Assembly: GCF_018977255.1 (NCBI RefSeq)
Contig: NW_024704743.1
Coordinates: 21,702,001 to 21,766,000, forward strand
Direction of reading: 5' to 3'
DNA: 64,000 nt
DNA from: Callorhinchus milii
Lineage: Eukaryota
Shown here: positions 13,223 through 26,085 of the stretch, piece after piece
Layout of the letters: each line of letters starts with the position of its first letter
Numbering within the stretch: position 1 is the stretch's first letter
Made by a program: the position numbers and the translations under genes
The notes under the pieces: generated by a model
Databases searched by the model: none
Seen by the model: only the letters and a program-made list of their open reading frames with translations
What the model was told of the DNA's origin: nothing

Positions 13223-15049
13223 AAATGCTTCAAGACGTTGCCCCGTGTGAAGGGTGGTACATAAATATAAGTTGTTGTTGTTATAGGTTCTTCCCTGTTG
13301 AAGTCTCAAAGTACTTTGCAATGGTTACAGAATAACAAAGCTATTGGCTTCTCATATTGAGCACAGGGTCCCATAAACAGCCATAAAATAATATTGATAA
13401 TTCCTGCATTTGATATAGCGCCTTTGATGTCTCCATGCACTTCACAGTGTATTAATTTAAAGCGTAGTGACTCTATTTTTTAGATGAACTTGGCAGCCAA
13501 TCTGCGTACATCCATATCCCACACACAGCCTTGAAGTGAATGACCAATTTTATTTGGGGGATTGCAATATAAATGAAATCTGTTGCTGAATTTCTCCCCA
13601 CAAATTGTAGAAGCATTTTTTCATGATTTACAATTTGAATCCATTGATTGTGCTATACAGAGTAATGGAATGAGTCATAATATTAACAATCACAGCAAAA
13701 TCCAACTGAACTTGACTAATAGAAAATGTTGGAAGCACTTATCCAGGAGACATAAACTGCATTGCCAATTTTTATTAAATTATTTTTTTCAAGAATAATC
13801 CTTGCATTTATGAGAAACTCTGGGGGAAAGGGACATGGCTCACAGGTCAGAAGATGCTGTAGATTAAGATGAATTGAATTAGTAATTCTTTGTTTAACTG
13901 TTCACTATTTATTCTAATTCCTATGTCTATAATTCAGAGCGGTAATTCTCAAAATACGTTTTGTTGATATTCTCTGAGCAACAATAGATTTTTAAAAACT
14001 GTGCTTATTTGAAATGTTGCCTCAGCATTGAGTTGTGCGTTATACAGGGTGAAAATAATTTGGTCACAGTGCATTTTTAATGCAGCTTTCCTATTATGAA
14101 AAGCATTTCTCTGAGATGCTAAATTTGTACCAAAAGCCTCTGCAGGCAGATGCTGATCTGATCACATGTGATGCGTTCAGGGAACCTACATCATTCTGCA
14201 CACACCAGACTAATATTAATCGAGGAAGTGGGTTCTCAGGTTTAGATGCATTGGGATCATTCTCTGTAGAAAGCCTACCACACATTGTGAATATTATTCT
14301 GAATAATGTAATTGTGCTGTTAAAATAAAAGAATAGGAATGAACTAAATGCACATCTCAAAGGTGGAACTGTTCTGAAATTCATGCTGTAGATAAATAAT
14401 TCTATCCCCAGTGTGTCAGTGTTGTACTGTCACATTGCTTGTGGTCTGTTAAGTAGTAAACAGGGAGCATTCTCTTTATTGTCATTCTCTTTATTTATTG
14501 AACATGCCTTTGCTTCTGCATCTAGTTACAAAATGATCAGTGGTTTGACTTTCCAACTTCATTCAGGCTGAAAGTGGACTGCTAAAACTATAGCGTAGGC
14601 TCCAGAGCTCTCAGGCAGAAAACACAGAGCTGTGTTTCTCTGCACATTTCCAAGGGATAAGGGATTTTCTAGTCATGCAATCTTTACCCACAGGCTGATA
14701 TGGCAAACAGTTGTACAATATACACGTCCATCCACTTATTTTCTGCTTTTCCCAGCCTCAGCAAAATATATCCAAAGCCCTATAAAATAGTAGTTATTTT
14801 ATTGCTTGAATTTTGAAATTCTGCAGAAGCCCATTGTAGCAGAGTAGCGGAGGTCTATAAAATCTCAAATACCCTTATAATCTGTCTCACCCCAACATGA
14901 AAGGTTCTGTATCAATGTAAATTTACATTGTGTTGTGTAACGGCTGGTCGGCCCTCACAAATTTCATTCACTGTGCATACAAGCAGAAAGCAGGCTCACT
15001 TCAAAATGACAGGCAGTTTTTCATGTGATAAAAAAACAGCCAACCTCGG

Positions 15050-15264
15050 ATTCGTTGCTACGACATACAGGAAGTGAGTGACTCTGAGAGTGATCTACCG
15101 ATTGAAACATTTGTCGACATAAGCAGGCTGAAATTTATATCGACGTCAACATACAGGGTAAGTTTCACGTGTTCGTACACGGGAAAGGACCCAGAACTTC
15201 AAATTTTTATCGACATACACGGCATGTCGAAATAAACAGGTTTGAGATAAGTGGGTAGCACTGT
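15050..15264. mobile_element. Tigger/pogo-like DNA transposon end (remnant)
   Basis: Repeated subterminal TCGACATA(A/C)/TCGAAATAA/TTGAGATAAG motifs ending in ...gtagcactgt, typical of pogo/Tigger termini. The partner TIR was not found. Confidence 0.55.
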
Positions 15265-15620
15265 CCCTTTATTTTGGTATAAATGAATCAGGAAAATATA
15301 ACTAATAATGATAATCCTTGCACTTAAAATAGTTCCTTATCATGTCTTCAAGATGTCTCAAGGTGTTTAGCAGGATTTTACTGTGAAGTGGAGTGAGCGT
15401 GTTGGAAAACAGAGAAGCTTATCTAATCTCTCTTTTTAACATGCCTTTTGATTCCACCTCAAAAGCTTTCTAGGGCAGAACATTTCACGTTATCATAACC
15501 CTCTGCATGAAGAAATTTATACTACCATCTATTTCTATCTCACATTAACTCCCAATCCCCTATCTCATTACAAATCTTCCCATTGAGATGGCAATGCTCC
15601 TTTATGCATGATGGCCTTCA

Positions 15621-16790
15621 TAACAACAACAACTCACGTTTATATAACGCCCTTCACGTGGGGTAGCATTGGAGAGGGCTTCACAGTGGCTGAGTGTGAC
15701 AGCGAGTCAGGGGGAGAAGGAGGGGGGAGGTGGATGTAAGCACGATCAAAAAGGAAAGTCTTTAGGTGGGATCTCAAGGTGGGTAGGGATGGGGCGTGAT
15801 GGAGGGATTGAGGGAGAGAGCTCCAGAGTTTTGGGGTGTCGCGACTGAAGGCACAGCCACCGATGGTGGAATGGAGGGCACGAGGGACAAATAGGAGGCC
15901 GGAGCCACCCGAACGGAGGCAGCAGGAGTTGGAGTGGGGGGTAAGCAGGTCGGATAGGTAGGGAGGTGCGAGGGAATGAAGCGATTTAAAAGCGAGTGAG
16001 AAGATGTTGAAATCCAGTGAATGGGAACCAGTGGAGCATGGTAAGGACTGGTGTGATGGGGGTTCAGAGTTTCATTCGGGTGAGGATCCGGGTGGCGGAG
16101 TTTATAATTAATTGGATTTTGTGTATGGTGGAGCTGGGGAGACGGGCGAGGAGGGCATTGGAATAGTCCAGTCGGGAAATGACAAAGGAGTGGACGAGGG
16201 TTTCGGCTGGTTTTATTGTGAGGTGTGGACGGAGGCAAGGAATATGGCGGAGGTGGAAAAAAGGGGTCCTGGTCAGGGAACAGATGTAGGGTAGAAAGGA
16301 AAGCTGGGGATTGAACCTGACGCCTAAGTTGCGCACGGGTTCGGAGATTCTGAGGGAGAGCCCGCAGGAGAGAAAATATTAATGGGAGCCAATGAGTATG
16401 GCTTCAATCTTGCTGACATTCAGCTGCAGAAATTTGCACTCATCCAGGCCTTGATGTGCGTCAAACAAGCTGACAGGACATTAGCGGACTTGGAGTCGCA
16501 GCTGGAGGAGAAGTTTATTTGGGTGTCACTCACATACATGTGGAAGTTGACCCCATGTCTGAGGATGACATCCCTGAGAGGGAGCATGTAGATGAGGAAA
16601 AGAATGGGGCCAAGGATTGAACCTTGGGGTACCTTGCAGGTTACTGGGCCGGGGCGAGAGGAAAAAACATTAGCCGAGATGAAGTGCTGGTGGTTGGTTA
16701 AGTAGGACTCGAACCATGCAAGTGCGATCCCACTAAGGTGGTTGACAGAGGAGAGGTGGAGGAGGAGGATGGCGGGATCGACTTTGTCAA
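15621..16790 (-). mobile_element. L2 LINE 3' portion, second subfamily (different 3' UTR), degenerate
   Basis: VPQGSILGPILF, FHMYVSDTQ and SRLDYSNALL in broken frames; (TTG)n tail near 15621. Confidence 0.9.
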
Positions 16791-17799
16791 ATTCTACATG
16801 TCCCAAAAGCACGTTAGGTCGCCAATGTTTATTTCAATATTGTTTTGCAATGCAGCGCAATGCCCAAGTTTGCCTGTGTCGGACTGGGGTGACGTCAAGC
16901 TGAAACTTGTTTATTTAAAACTTTGCTTCGAAAAATAGATTTGTTCACTGCGTCCTTTCTTTGGACAACTCAAACTACGAATAAAAAATAAAATAAAAAG
17001 AGTTGCGGTTAAAATAATAATTTTATAATGATAATAATAATCTTTACATTTGTTTCAGTGTCTTTCACGTCAGAAGGACGTCTGAAAGCGCGTCACAGGA
17101 TATACTGTAAAATTCTGTGACTGCGTGATTTGTGGGCGAATGCGGCAGCTAATTTGCAATCAGCAAAGTCCTTGTCGGGAGGGGGCGGGGGGGAGGGAGG
17201 AGTATAGTTTCCTTGGAGCTCCAATAAAATATGCACTTTAAAAATCTCATTGAATAAAAATAATTGGTCCATAAAACTGTTACTACTTTGTGCAATCTCC
17301 TTTCCTGTTGCCGTATCTCATGTTTTATTTTATTGGGAGCTTGGCAAAGGAATATTGATATATGTGTCAACCCTCTGTGTTGCTGTCACTAGCCGAGTTC
17401 CTGAGCCAGGACTCCCAGACAATGATGAGGACACACCACAGCCTGACTCATCAGTAGCAATACGAGGGGCAGACCGGTCATGTGGGGCAGAAAGCCTGCA
17501 CGTTGAAGTAAAATATTATTGGTTTTAATGGTCCCAGTGAATTTTTACCATGATTGATCCTCAGATGGCTCTATGGTGACTCCTATATCTTGTGGGTCAT
17601 TCAGGCTGTACAATGTGGCACTGCACAAAACACCAATATCACGGTGGGAAACCTACAATAAAATTAGATGTACCCATGGAGGAGAGGGGAATAGAAAGGT
17701 ATGGGAGGGAGTAAGTACTGGGTGAAGTCTCAAGTAGAATACAAACCGCGGCATGGACTACTTGGGCCGAATGGTCTGTTTCTGTGTACGGCACAGAAA

Positions 17800-18930
17800 C
17801 TCCTTCCTCCATAGGCTGCAGAGCATCCAGAACTCTGCAGCCCGTGTCCTCACCCGCACCAGGCTCCGTGACCCTATCACCCCCATCCTCGCCCGATTCC
17901 ACTGGCTCCCCATCACACAGAGGATACAGGTCCAGATCCTGGTCCTCACTTTCAAAGCCCTCCATTGCCTTGCTCCCCATTACCGCTGCAACCGCCTAAT
18001 CCCGTACAAACTTGCCCGCTTCCACCGCTCAGCGGGCTCCGGCCTGCTTCATCTGCCCCCGCCTCGAGTGCCCCACCATTGGCAGGCGGACCTTCTGCCA
18101 CTCTGCCTCCACCCTCTGGAACTCCATCCCGCAGTCCCTCCTCCTCGCCTCGCCTCCCCTTGCCTCCTTCAAGACCCATCTCAAGACCCTCCTCTTTGAC
18201 TGTGCCTTAGATCACCCTGCTTTCCCACCTGCCCTCCACATTCCCCGATCCCAACCCCCAGTTTGGGTCTGAAACACTGACTGTCCAACGCCTTGCGATG
18301 TCCTCCCGACATGAAAGGCGTTCTATAAATGGAATCTTGTTGTTGTTGTTGTTGTTGGGACATCCTCCGGATATGAAAAGCGCTACACAAACGTAATTTT
18401 GTTGTTGTTGTTTATTGTATGTGAATCCTCACCAGTCTCCCCAGCTCCACCACTCACAAGATCCAGCTTATTCAAAACTTTGCTGCCCACATACTGACCC
18501 GGACCAAACCCCGTACCCACATCTCAACAGTTCTGGCCAGGCTCCACTGGTTCTCCATCACTGAATGGATCGACTGCAAGATCCTCACACTTGTGTTCAA
18601 ATTCATTCACTCCCTGGCACCTCCCTACCTCACTGACCTCCTCACTCCCCAATCCACCACCATCACCTCCGCTTGACTGGCTCCGGCCTCCTGTTCGTCC
18701 CTCGCACCCTCTGCCCCAGCATTGATGGTCGTGGTTTCAGCCACTACGCCCCAAAACTCTGGAGCATACTCCCTCAATCCCTACACCTTGCCCCCTCTCT
18801 CCATTCTTTCAATTCCCGCCTGAAAACTTTCCTGTTCGACCGTGCTTACGGCCACCTCTCCCCTCCCCCCGGCTCGGAGTCAGGCTCCGCCACTGTTAAG
18901 CACTCTGAGACGCTCCACAGACGTGGTGAA
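17800..18930 (+). mobile_element. Two adjacent L2 3' fragments (about 17800-18410, with a doubled terminus, and about 18420-18930)
   Basis: LQSIQNSAARVLTRTR...LWNSIPQSL; two (TTG)n termini near 18340 and 18400. Confidence 0.88.
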
Positions 18931-21059
18931 AATGATAAACTCAAAAACAATGCAAGTTCTTTCTTTTAATATCCCGCACTTGGACAAGCTCAAAATGCAC
19001 CCAAAAAACATCTGGGATTTAGATTCATGCATCACAAGGCAATTTAGCAGGCTTGGCTGCCCTTTAATGCGATCAGTGTCGCAGAATAACCTATTTGAAC
19101 TCAAGCTCGCAAACTTAAGCTAATGTTTTCAGAATCCGGCAATTACTTTGCACTGCTTAATGAGTTCATAAAATGAATGTCATGTAACAGTTCTTATTAT
19201 CACCATTCAGTTCCATGTCCGAGACCACGAAGGACTTCTTCTTTGGCATTTTGATCAAATAACTCAAGCGAATCATGTTTAGCACTTGGCATTTCAAAAA
19301 AAGATACAGATGGGAAAATCAAATCTGCCGATCTATAAATAATCCGCGCGCTTGCATTACAAACAGCGGGCAGGCTCCAAAAAGAATGCGATGAAATGGA
19401 AATGTTTACTGAGGTGTTATTTTAATTAGAAGCAAATTCTCATTATCTGTAACATTTGGTCTACGCAATGAGAATAAGACACAAATAAACCTGGGGAAGA
19501 GTCCTCACAGCAGAATTTGATCAACTGGCACTAATTGACTTTTTAAACCATTATCTATAATTAATGATTGAAGTTTTACTCATTAAGGCTTGCCATGTCG
19601 TATCACTCTTCAGCTCTGCCGGCAGAACTTCTAATAAAAAAAATTGATGAAAGTGTGATTTTAAAACCACGGAATCCACCCCTTGTGGTGGTACGAAGCG
19701 GAAGAATAGGAAATATTGTGCCACTAGCGAACATTACTCATCTGTTCACCATGTGTTTAGAATGGGATTTCCAGTTAGAAGCACACAATGAAAAGACCAA
19801 TAATTAAATTGGTCATTTTCAATCTACGACTGTTTGTGGGACATTGCTGTGCGCAATTGGCTGCTGCGTTCGCCCACAAATATACAGTCAATTCACTTTA
19901 CAGTGTGTTCTGTGAAGCGCTTTGGGACGTCCTCCCGACGTGAAAAGCGCTATATCAAATGCAAGGATTATTATTATTATTATTATTGGTTTAGTGATCA
20001 GCGCACCCAAATGGCTAAGCACCTTCCACTTATCCTCATACTGCCCTCAAGCAACTTTTGCTGCTGTTTAGTGATGCTGTGTTCATGCACTTTTCTTCCT
20101 TATTCTTCCCGAGCTCTAAATACTATCCTGCGGGCTCTGCCTCCATTCTGCATCCTGGCTTTGTTGAAATCAAAACTCAATACATTGTCTCAGGCACTTA
20201 AAAAATATCTTTCCCAAGCCCTCACAACTATTAGGACTCCTCCAAAAAAATCCTTGCATTTGATATAGCGTCTTTGACATCAGGAGGTCTCAAGGACTTC
20301 AAGCGATATACTATCATGTGTAGTGACTGCGTCTTTTGGATACAAATGCAGCAAACAATTTGCACGCAGCAATGTTCCACAAACAGCCATGAAGTTGCTG
20401 ACTGATTTTACCTGATGTATTGTTGGTCAGGACCCAGGGAGAAAAAAAAATTGTTTTTGAATTGCGCCATGTGATTTTTAACATCCACCTTAACAGGCAG
20501 ATGGGACCTTGATTTGATCACTCAATCCCAAGGACGGCACCACCAACAAAGCAGAGTAACCCCACCGCTGCATTGGAGTGCCAGCCTAGACTATGCCACT
20601 TGAAAGTCCCTGACGTGGGGCTTGAACCCACAACTTTCTGACTCAGAGGCAAGCAGGCTACCCACTGAGTCAGGCTGACACACATAATGATGGATCTTGC
20701 AGAGAATTCAGAGCACTATGTCTGTAGCTGTTTCTTTCTCCTTAACACTTTGCTAAATGACCTCCATAAACAGCGGGTGGGATTTTATGCTGATTTCTGC
20801 TGTAGTCCTGGCGTAGCCTTGGCAAGGAGCGGAATGGAATAAGTAACAGTAGGCTGGGCTCTGCGGGGGATGACCGCAGTTGCGCCTAACAAGATTTTAC
20901 AACATTCCTGTCATATTTCTTGTGCCCTATTTAAGATCATAACATTAGGAATAAACTGCTCCCCAGAGTCATAACATTTCATTTGTAAGTGGAGAAAGCG
21001 AAGCCAGCTTGAAACCTGTTACCTGAACTCAGTATTCTATCAGAGCTTTGGTCAGACCC

Positions 21060-21800
21060 CCAGGCATCCCAAGGACCTGGACAGTCAGGGATTCGGACGC
21101 GAGCAGGAGGGGGTTTGAGATAAGGTCGGGTGAGGGCAGGGAAGGTAGAATGTGCGGTCGAAGAGGAGAGTCTTGAGATGTGCCTTGAAGGAGGCAACAA
21201 CAACAAGAACAACAAGATTACATTTGTTTTGCGCCTTTCACGTCGGGAGGACGTCCCAAGGCGCTGGACAGTGTACAGCATTTCAGACCCGAGCTGGGGT
21301 CAAGGGAGGAGAAGGGAGGGGAGGGGAAGGGGGTGACCGATGGCATGGTCGAAGAGCAGGGTCTTGAGGCGGGACTTGAAGGAGGCTAAGGAGGGGGCGA
21401 GGCGGAGTGATTGGGGGATGGAATTCCAGAGGTTGGGGGCAGAGTGGCTGAAGGCTCTCCTGCGAATGGTGGGTGGGTGGGTCGGGGGACGTGGAACAGG
21501 CCAGAGCCGGTTGAGTGGAGGGAACGGGCAGGTTAGTAGGGGTTTAGGAGGTCGGAGAGGTAGGGGGGGCGAAGCCATGGAGGGCTTTGTATGTGAGGCC
21601 AGGGAGGGAGCGAGGCGAAGGGAATGTGGGATGGAGTTCCAGGAGGTGGGAGCAGAGAGGCTGAAGGCTCGACCGCTGATGGTGGAGCGGTGCGATGGTG
21701 GAGCGGTGCCGGGCGTGCGGACGTGGAGCAGGCCAGAGCCCGCTGAGCGGAGGGAGCGGACAAGTTGATATGGGGTCAGCAGGTCACTGAGATAGGAAGG
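21060..21800 (-). mobile_element. L2 3' fragment with a younger L2 3' end (about 21196-21590) nested inside
   Basis: Outer copy breaks at cttgaaggaggcaa and resumes near 21595. Inner copy is near-identical to 37047-37330 and 56760-57192. Confidence 0.85.
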
Positions 21801-22819
21801 AGAATGGCAGAGCCGGCTCGGGGGGCTGAATGGCTTACTCCTGTTTCTAGGTTTCTATGCCAGCCTGGCTCTTTTGGTACCCAACTGACAGTTGGGAGGC
21901 AAGATTATGCATCCACTCTGTGAGATTGACTGAGCATTTGTACAGGTCGATACACTCAGTACCTGAAGTGAGAAGGTGCTGACGGCAGCCAAGCAGGGGG
22001 GAGCCTCGACATTTAGTGGTAGAAAGAAATCCATTCGTGAAATCTACATTCTCTGCAGCTTGATGAAAGGATTTCCTGATCCATTTAGACAGTACAGACT
22101 TCCTTCTTGCCTGATATTTACTGGTGTGAATGCCAACCAAACACATGGAAGTTCGGGTACAGCGTCACTGAAATCCCCAATCCATAGCTGTCGACCAGCT
22201 AGCTCTCTTTACTACATCCTGCGAATACTGACTTATCATTGGCATCACAGATAAGTGGACAAACAAACTATTGTTCAGCATTGTTCAGCATCTGGGACAT
22301 CTTCCTGACTAGAGAGGCGCTATATAAATGCAATTTATTGTTGTTATTGGATTGACAATGGCCAACAAATATAATTTCATTATATTTTAACTATTTTTCC
22401 AATGTTCCTCACAGGAGTGCTGCAGCTTAGTGATCAGAGCACTTAGTGGTAAGCGAGAGGACCTGGATTTGATACCTGGGCAGGAAGAAACGTTTCCTTA
22501 CTCCACACACCTCTGTTTATCTAGCAGTAAGTAGGAACCTGGTTATCAGCCTATTGGCTGATGGTTTTCCGGGGATAATAATAATTCAAAACAAAAATAA
22601 TAATTTGGTCTCTCAGTCCATGACTGTTTGTGGGAGACTGTTGTGTATAGTTGGCTGCCGTGTTTCGCCCACAAAATAGATGTCGCTGGGAACACGTATT
22701 CTGACAAAAGGTCATCGACCTGAAATGTTAACTCACTTTCCTCTCTCCATAGATGCTGCCTGACCTGCTGACATCTAGCTGTGCAGCATAAGTACAGTGA
22801 GCTCATTATTACAGCTTAT

Positions 22820-23085
22820 AAAGATCTTGGAGGCGTGGTGAACTGTGTGAAGAACAATACAGAACTTCACAAGCAGACATTGACAGATTAGATGAGTGGG
22901 TGGAAATATGGCAGATGCAATTCAGTGTAGCCAAATGTGAGGTAATGCATTTTGGCCACAAAATAAGGGGTTGGAAATTAAAAGAAGTTCTAAGGAGAGG
23001 TGATGAAGAAAGGGATGTAGACGTTCTGATAAATACATTACTAAAAGCTAGTTCACAAGAGAGCGTTAACTAAGCTAATAGGATA
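22820..23085 (+). mobile_element. CR1-clade LINE ORF2 remnant
   Basis: DIDRLDEWVEIWQMQFSVAKCEVMHFGHKNK, a CR1 post-RT motif. Confidence 0.85.
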
Positions 23086-23395
23086 ATAAAAATACTTGCA
23101 TTTTGCATATATACTTTTTAATTGCTTATAATACTGTTATTCCTGTGTATTAACAGCTACTGAATCAAAATGTTTTGTAAAAGGACATAATTGGCTCGTC
23201 AAATGAACATAGAACTGGTGTATCTTGAAGGGCACTAAGGTGTAATTAACAGCAAGAGAAGTACTCGGATATTACAATCAGAAAGCAGCAGAAGTTGTTA
23301 TTGTATGGGTGGTCCCTGTAAACAAAGGGACAGTTGAAGACCAGCATACATTTTGAAAGTTGTGTTCTGTTCATTAAATGATACTGCAAGATGTT

Positions 23396-24735
23396 AACAA
23401 CAACAACAAAATGACATTTGTAAAATGCCTTTCACGTCAGGAGGACATCCCAAGGTGCTGAACCGTCAGGGATCAGGACCCGAGCGTGGGGGGTCAGGGT
23501 TAGTTGAGGGCAGGCAGAAAGGGTAGGAGGGCAGCTGGAGACATGGTCAAAGAGGAGGGTCTGACCTTGAAGGAGGCAAGAGGGAGCAAGGCGAAGGGAT
23601 TGTGGGATGTTGTTCTAAAGTGAGGGCAGAGAGGCTGAAAGCCCGGCCAACGATGGCAGGACTGGTCGGGCCGGAGACCTGGTTGATCAGCAGGTCAGAG
23701 ATGCAGGAGGGGGCAAGGCCATGGTGGGGCTTGAAAGTGAGGACCAGGATTTTGAATTCTATCCTCTGAGGGATGGGGAGCCAGTAGAGATGAGCGAGGG
23801 GGGGGTGATGGAGTCACGGAGCCTGGTGCAGGAGAGTGCACAAGCTGCAGAGTTCTGGATGATCTGCAGCTTGTGGAGGGAAGACTTGGGGAGGCCGACA
23901 AGGAGGGAGTTTCCACAGTTGAGCCTTGAGATGACGAATGAGTGATTGAGGGAATCGGCGGCCTGAGGGCTGAGGCAGTGGCGGATTTGGGCAATGTTGC
24001 AGAGGTGGGGGAAGATAGAGTGGGTCATGGCATGGATATGGAGGAGAAAGGACAGTTGAGGGTCGAACAAGGCACCCAGGTTCCTGACTGGCTTGGTGAG
24101 GTGGAGTGTGTAACCGTGGATGCTGATGCTGCCAGTGCTTGAGGTGCTGAGGCACTGTCACGAGCCAATCAGGAGAGCCTCGGTCTTGCTGACATTCAGC
24201 TGTAGAAAATTGGCTCTCATCCAGGACTTGATATCAGACAGACAGTCTGTCAGGCCGTTAGCTGTCCTGGAATCGAGGGTGGAGGCAGAGAGATAGAGTT
24301 GGGTGTCATCTGCATTACATGTGGAAGTTGACCCCAAGTCTGCGGATGATGTCCCCAAGGGGGAGTATGTAGAGGTTGAAGAGGAGGAAACCGAAGACAG
24401 AGGCCTGAGGAACACCACACAAGATTGTGCTGGGGCTGAAAGAGAAACCGCTGGCGGAGACAACTTGGAGACGGTGTGATAGATAAGACCTCAACCATTC
24501 AAGGACAGAACCTTGAAGGTTGAGGTGAGAGGAGAGGTGGTGGAGGTGGATGGAGTGGTATCCATCCACGGTATCGAAGGCAGCAGAGAGGTCGAGGAGG
24601 ATGAGGTAGCAGAGGGAACCCTGGTCACAGATGCCCAAAATGTCATTTGTCACTTTGACCAGAGCAGTTTCTATGCTGTGAGCAGCACAGAGACTCAATT
24701 GGAGGGGCTTGGGAAGGGAGTGTTAAGAAAGTGGG
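23396..24735 (-). mobile_element. L2 LINE RT and 3' end, frameshifted
   Basis: HSIETALVKVTNDI, LDLSAAFDTVD, ADDTQLY and QNSAA motifs; (TTG)n tail. Confidence 0.93.
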
Positions 24736-24874
24736 GTGAGCAGAGGTGGTAGCATGCACTGCCATGCAATTATATGGTGAAGGTACTTGATGGCCAAAGT
24801 ACTCTTCTGTTCTTATGTAATTTAATGTAAAGAGTTAGAATCAAAATTAATTTGTTTTGCACTGAGATGCCAGA

Positions 24875-25148
24875 ACCTTAAAGGGTTGAGGTGAGAGTAG
24901 AGGTGGTGGATGGAGTGGTCCATGGTATCGAAGGCAGCAGAAAAGGAGGACAAGGAGGCAGAGGGAGCCCTGGTCACAGATGCGATATAGATAAGAGTTG
25001 GGTGTCATCCGCGTACATGTGGAAGTTGACCCCATCTTTGCGGATGATGTCACCAAGAGGGAGCATGTAGAGGTTAAAGAGGAGATGACTGAAGACAGAG
25101 CCCTGAAGAACAATACACAAGACTGTGCTGGGCGACCCTATTATTATT

Positions 25149-25200
<52 letters not shown>

Positions 25201-26085
25201 CACCCCCATCCTTGCCCAACTCTACTGGCTTCCCATCACACAGAGGATACAGTTCAAGATCCTGGTCCTCACCTTCAAAGTCTTACATGGTCTTGCTTCC
25301 CCCTACCTTCCCGATCTCCTAACCTCCTACCAGCCTGTTCGCTCCCTCCGCTCAGAGGACTCTGGCTTGCTTCACATCCCCCACCTTGCTCGCCCCACTA
25401 TCGGCGTGCGGACCTTCTGCCACTCTGCACCCACCCTCTGGAACTCCATTCTGCAGTCCCTCCAACTCGCCCCCTCCCTTGCCACTTTCAAGACCCTCCT
25501 CTTCGACTGTGGTTTCGATCTCCCTGCTTACCCCCTCCCGCCCTCCCCCCTCCCCCACCCCGACCCTCAGCTCGGGTCCTCCCAACATGAAAGGCGCTAT
25601 ATAAATTTAATTTTGTTGTTGTTGTTGGTCCATTGCCTTATGCCGGATGGCTGTCCTAGTGGAATGGACTCCTGCCAAATGAAGTGTCTGGCTCGAGTTC
25701 ACAATCCTTGTTCTCACTGTTAAATCCCTCCATGGTCTTGCCCCTTTTCTCTACCTCTACAACCTTCTCAAATCCTACCAACCCGGCTGCTGCCATCACT
25801 CAGGGTATGCCCTGTGACCTTCCCATCTCACCACCGGCGGCCAGCCTTTCAGCCTAACTGGCCCCACTATCTGGAACACAACTGTGGAACTCAGCCATAG
25901 TCACTCCGACTCACTCTCTTATCTCTTTCAAGGTCTGTCTCAAGATCTACCTCTTCAGTCTTATTTCCCCCACCCCCCTAGGCTCTCGCCCCCAGATCTT
26001 ATGTCAAGCCAAGACTGTTAATTGCCTTGAGACGCCCTCCCAATGTGTAAGGCCCAATATAAATGTGAATTTGTATTGTATTGTG
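24875..26085. mobile_element. Rearranged L2 cluster: minus-strand RT pieces (24875-25131), plus-strand 3' end (25133-25625), older plus-strand 3' end (25690-26085)
   Basis: [10 protein letters not shown] on minus; [13 protein letters not shown]...LWNSIL on plus; orientation switches near 25132. Confidence 0.85.
25140..25200. repeat. (ATT)n microsatellite inside an L2
   Basis: Direct read; explains the poly-I/L/N ORFs. Confidence 0.95.

Noticed and set aside
24974..25723. Poly-Ile/Leu/Asn ORFs resembling signal or membrane peptides
   Set aside because: They are translations of an (ATT)n microsatellite inside L2 debris.
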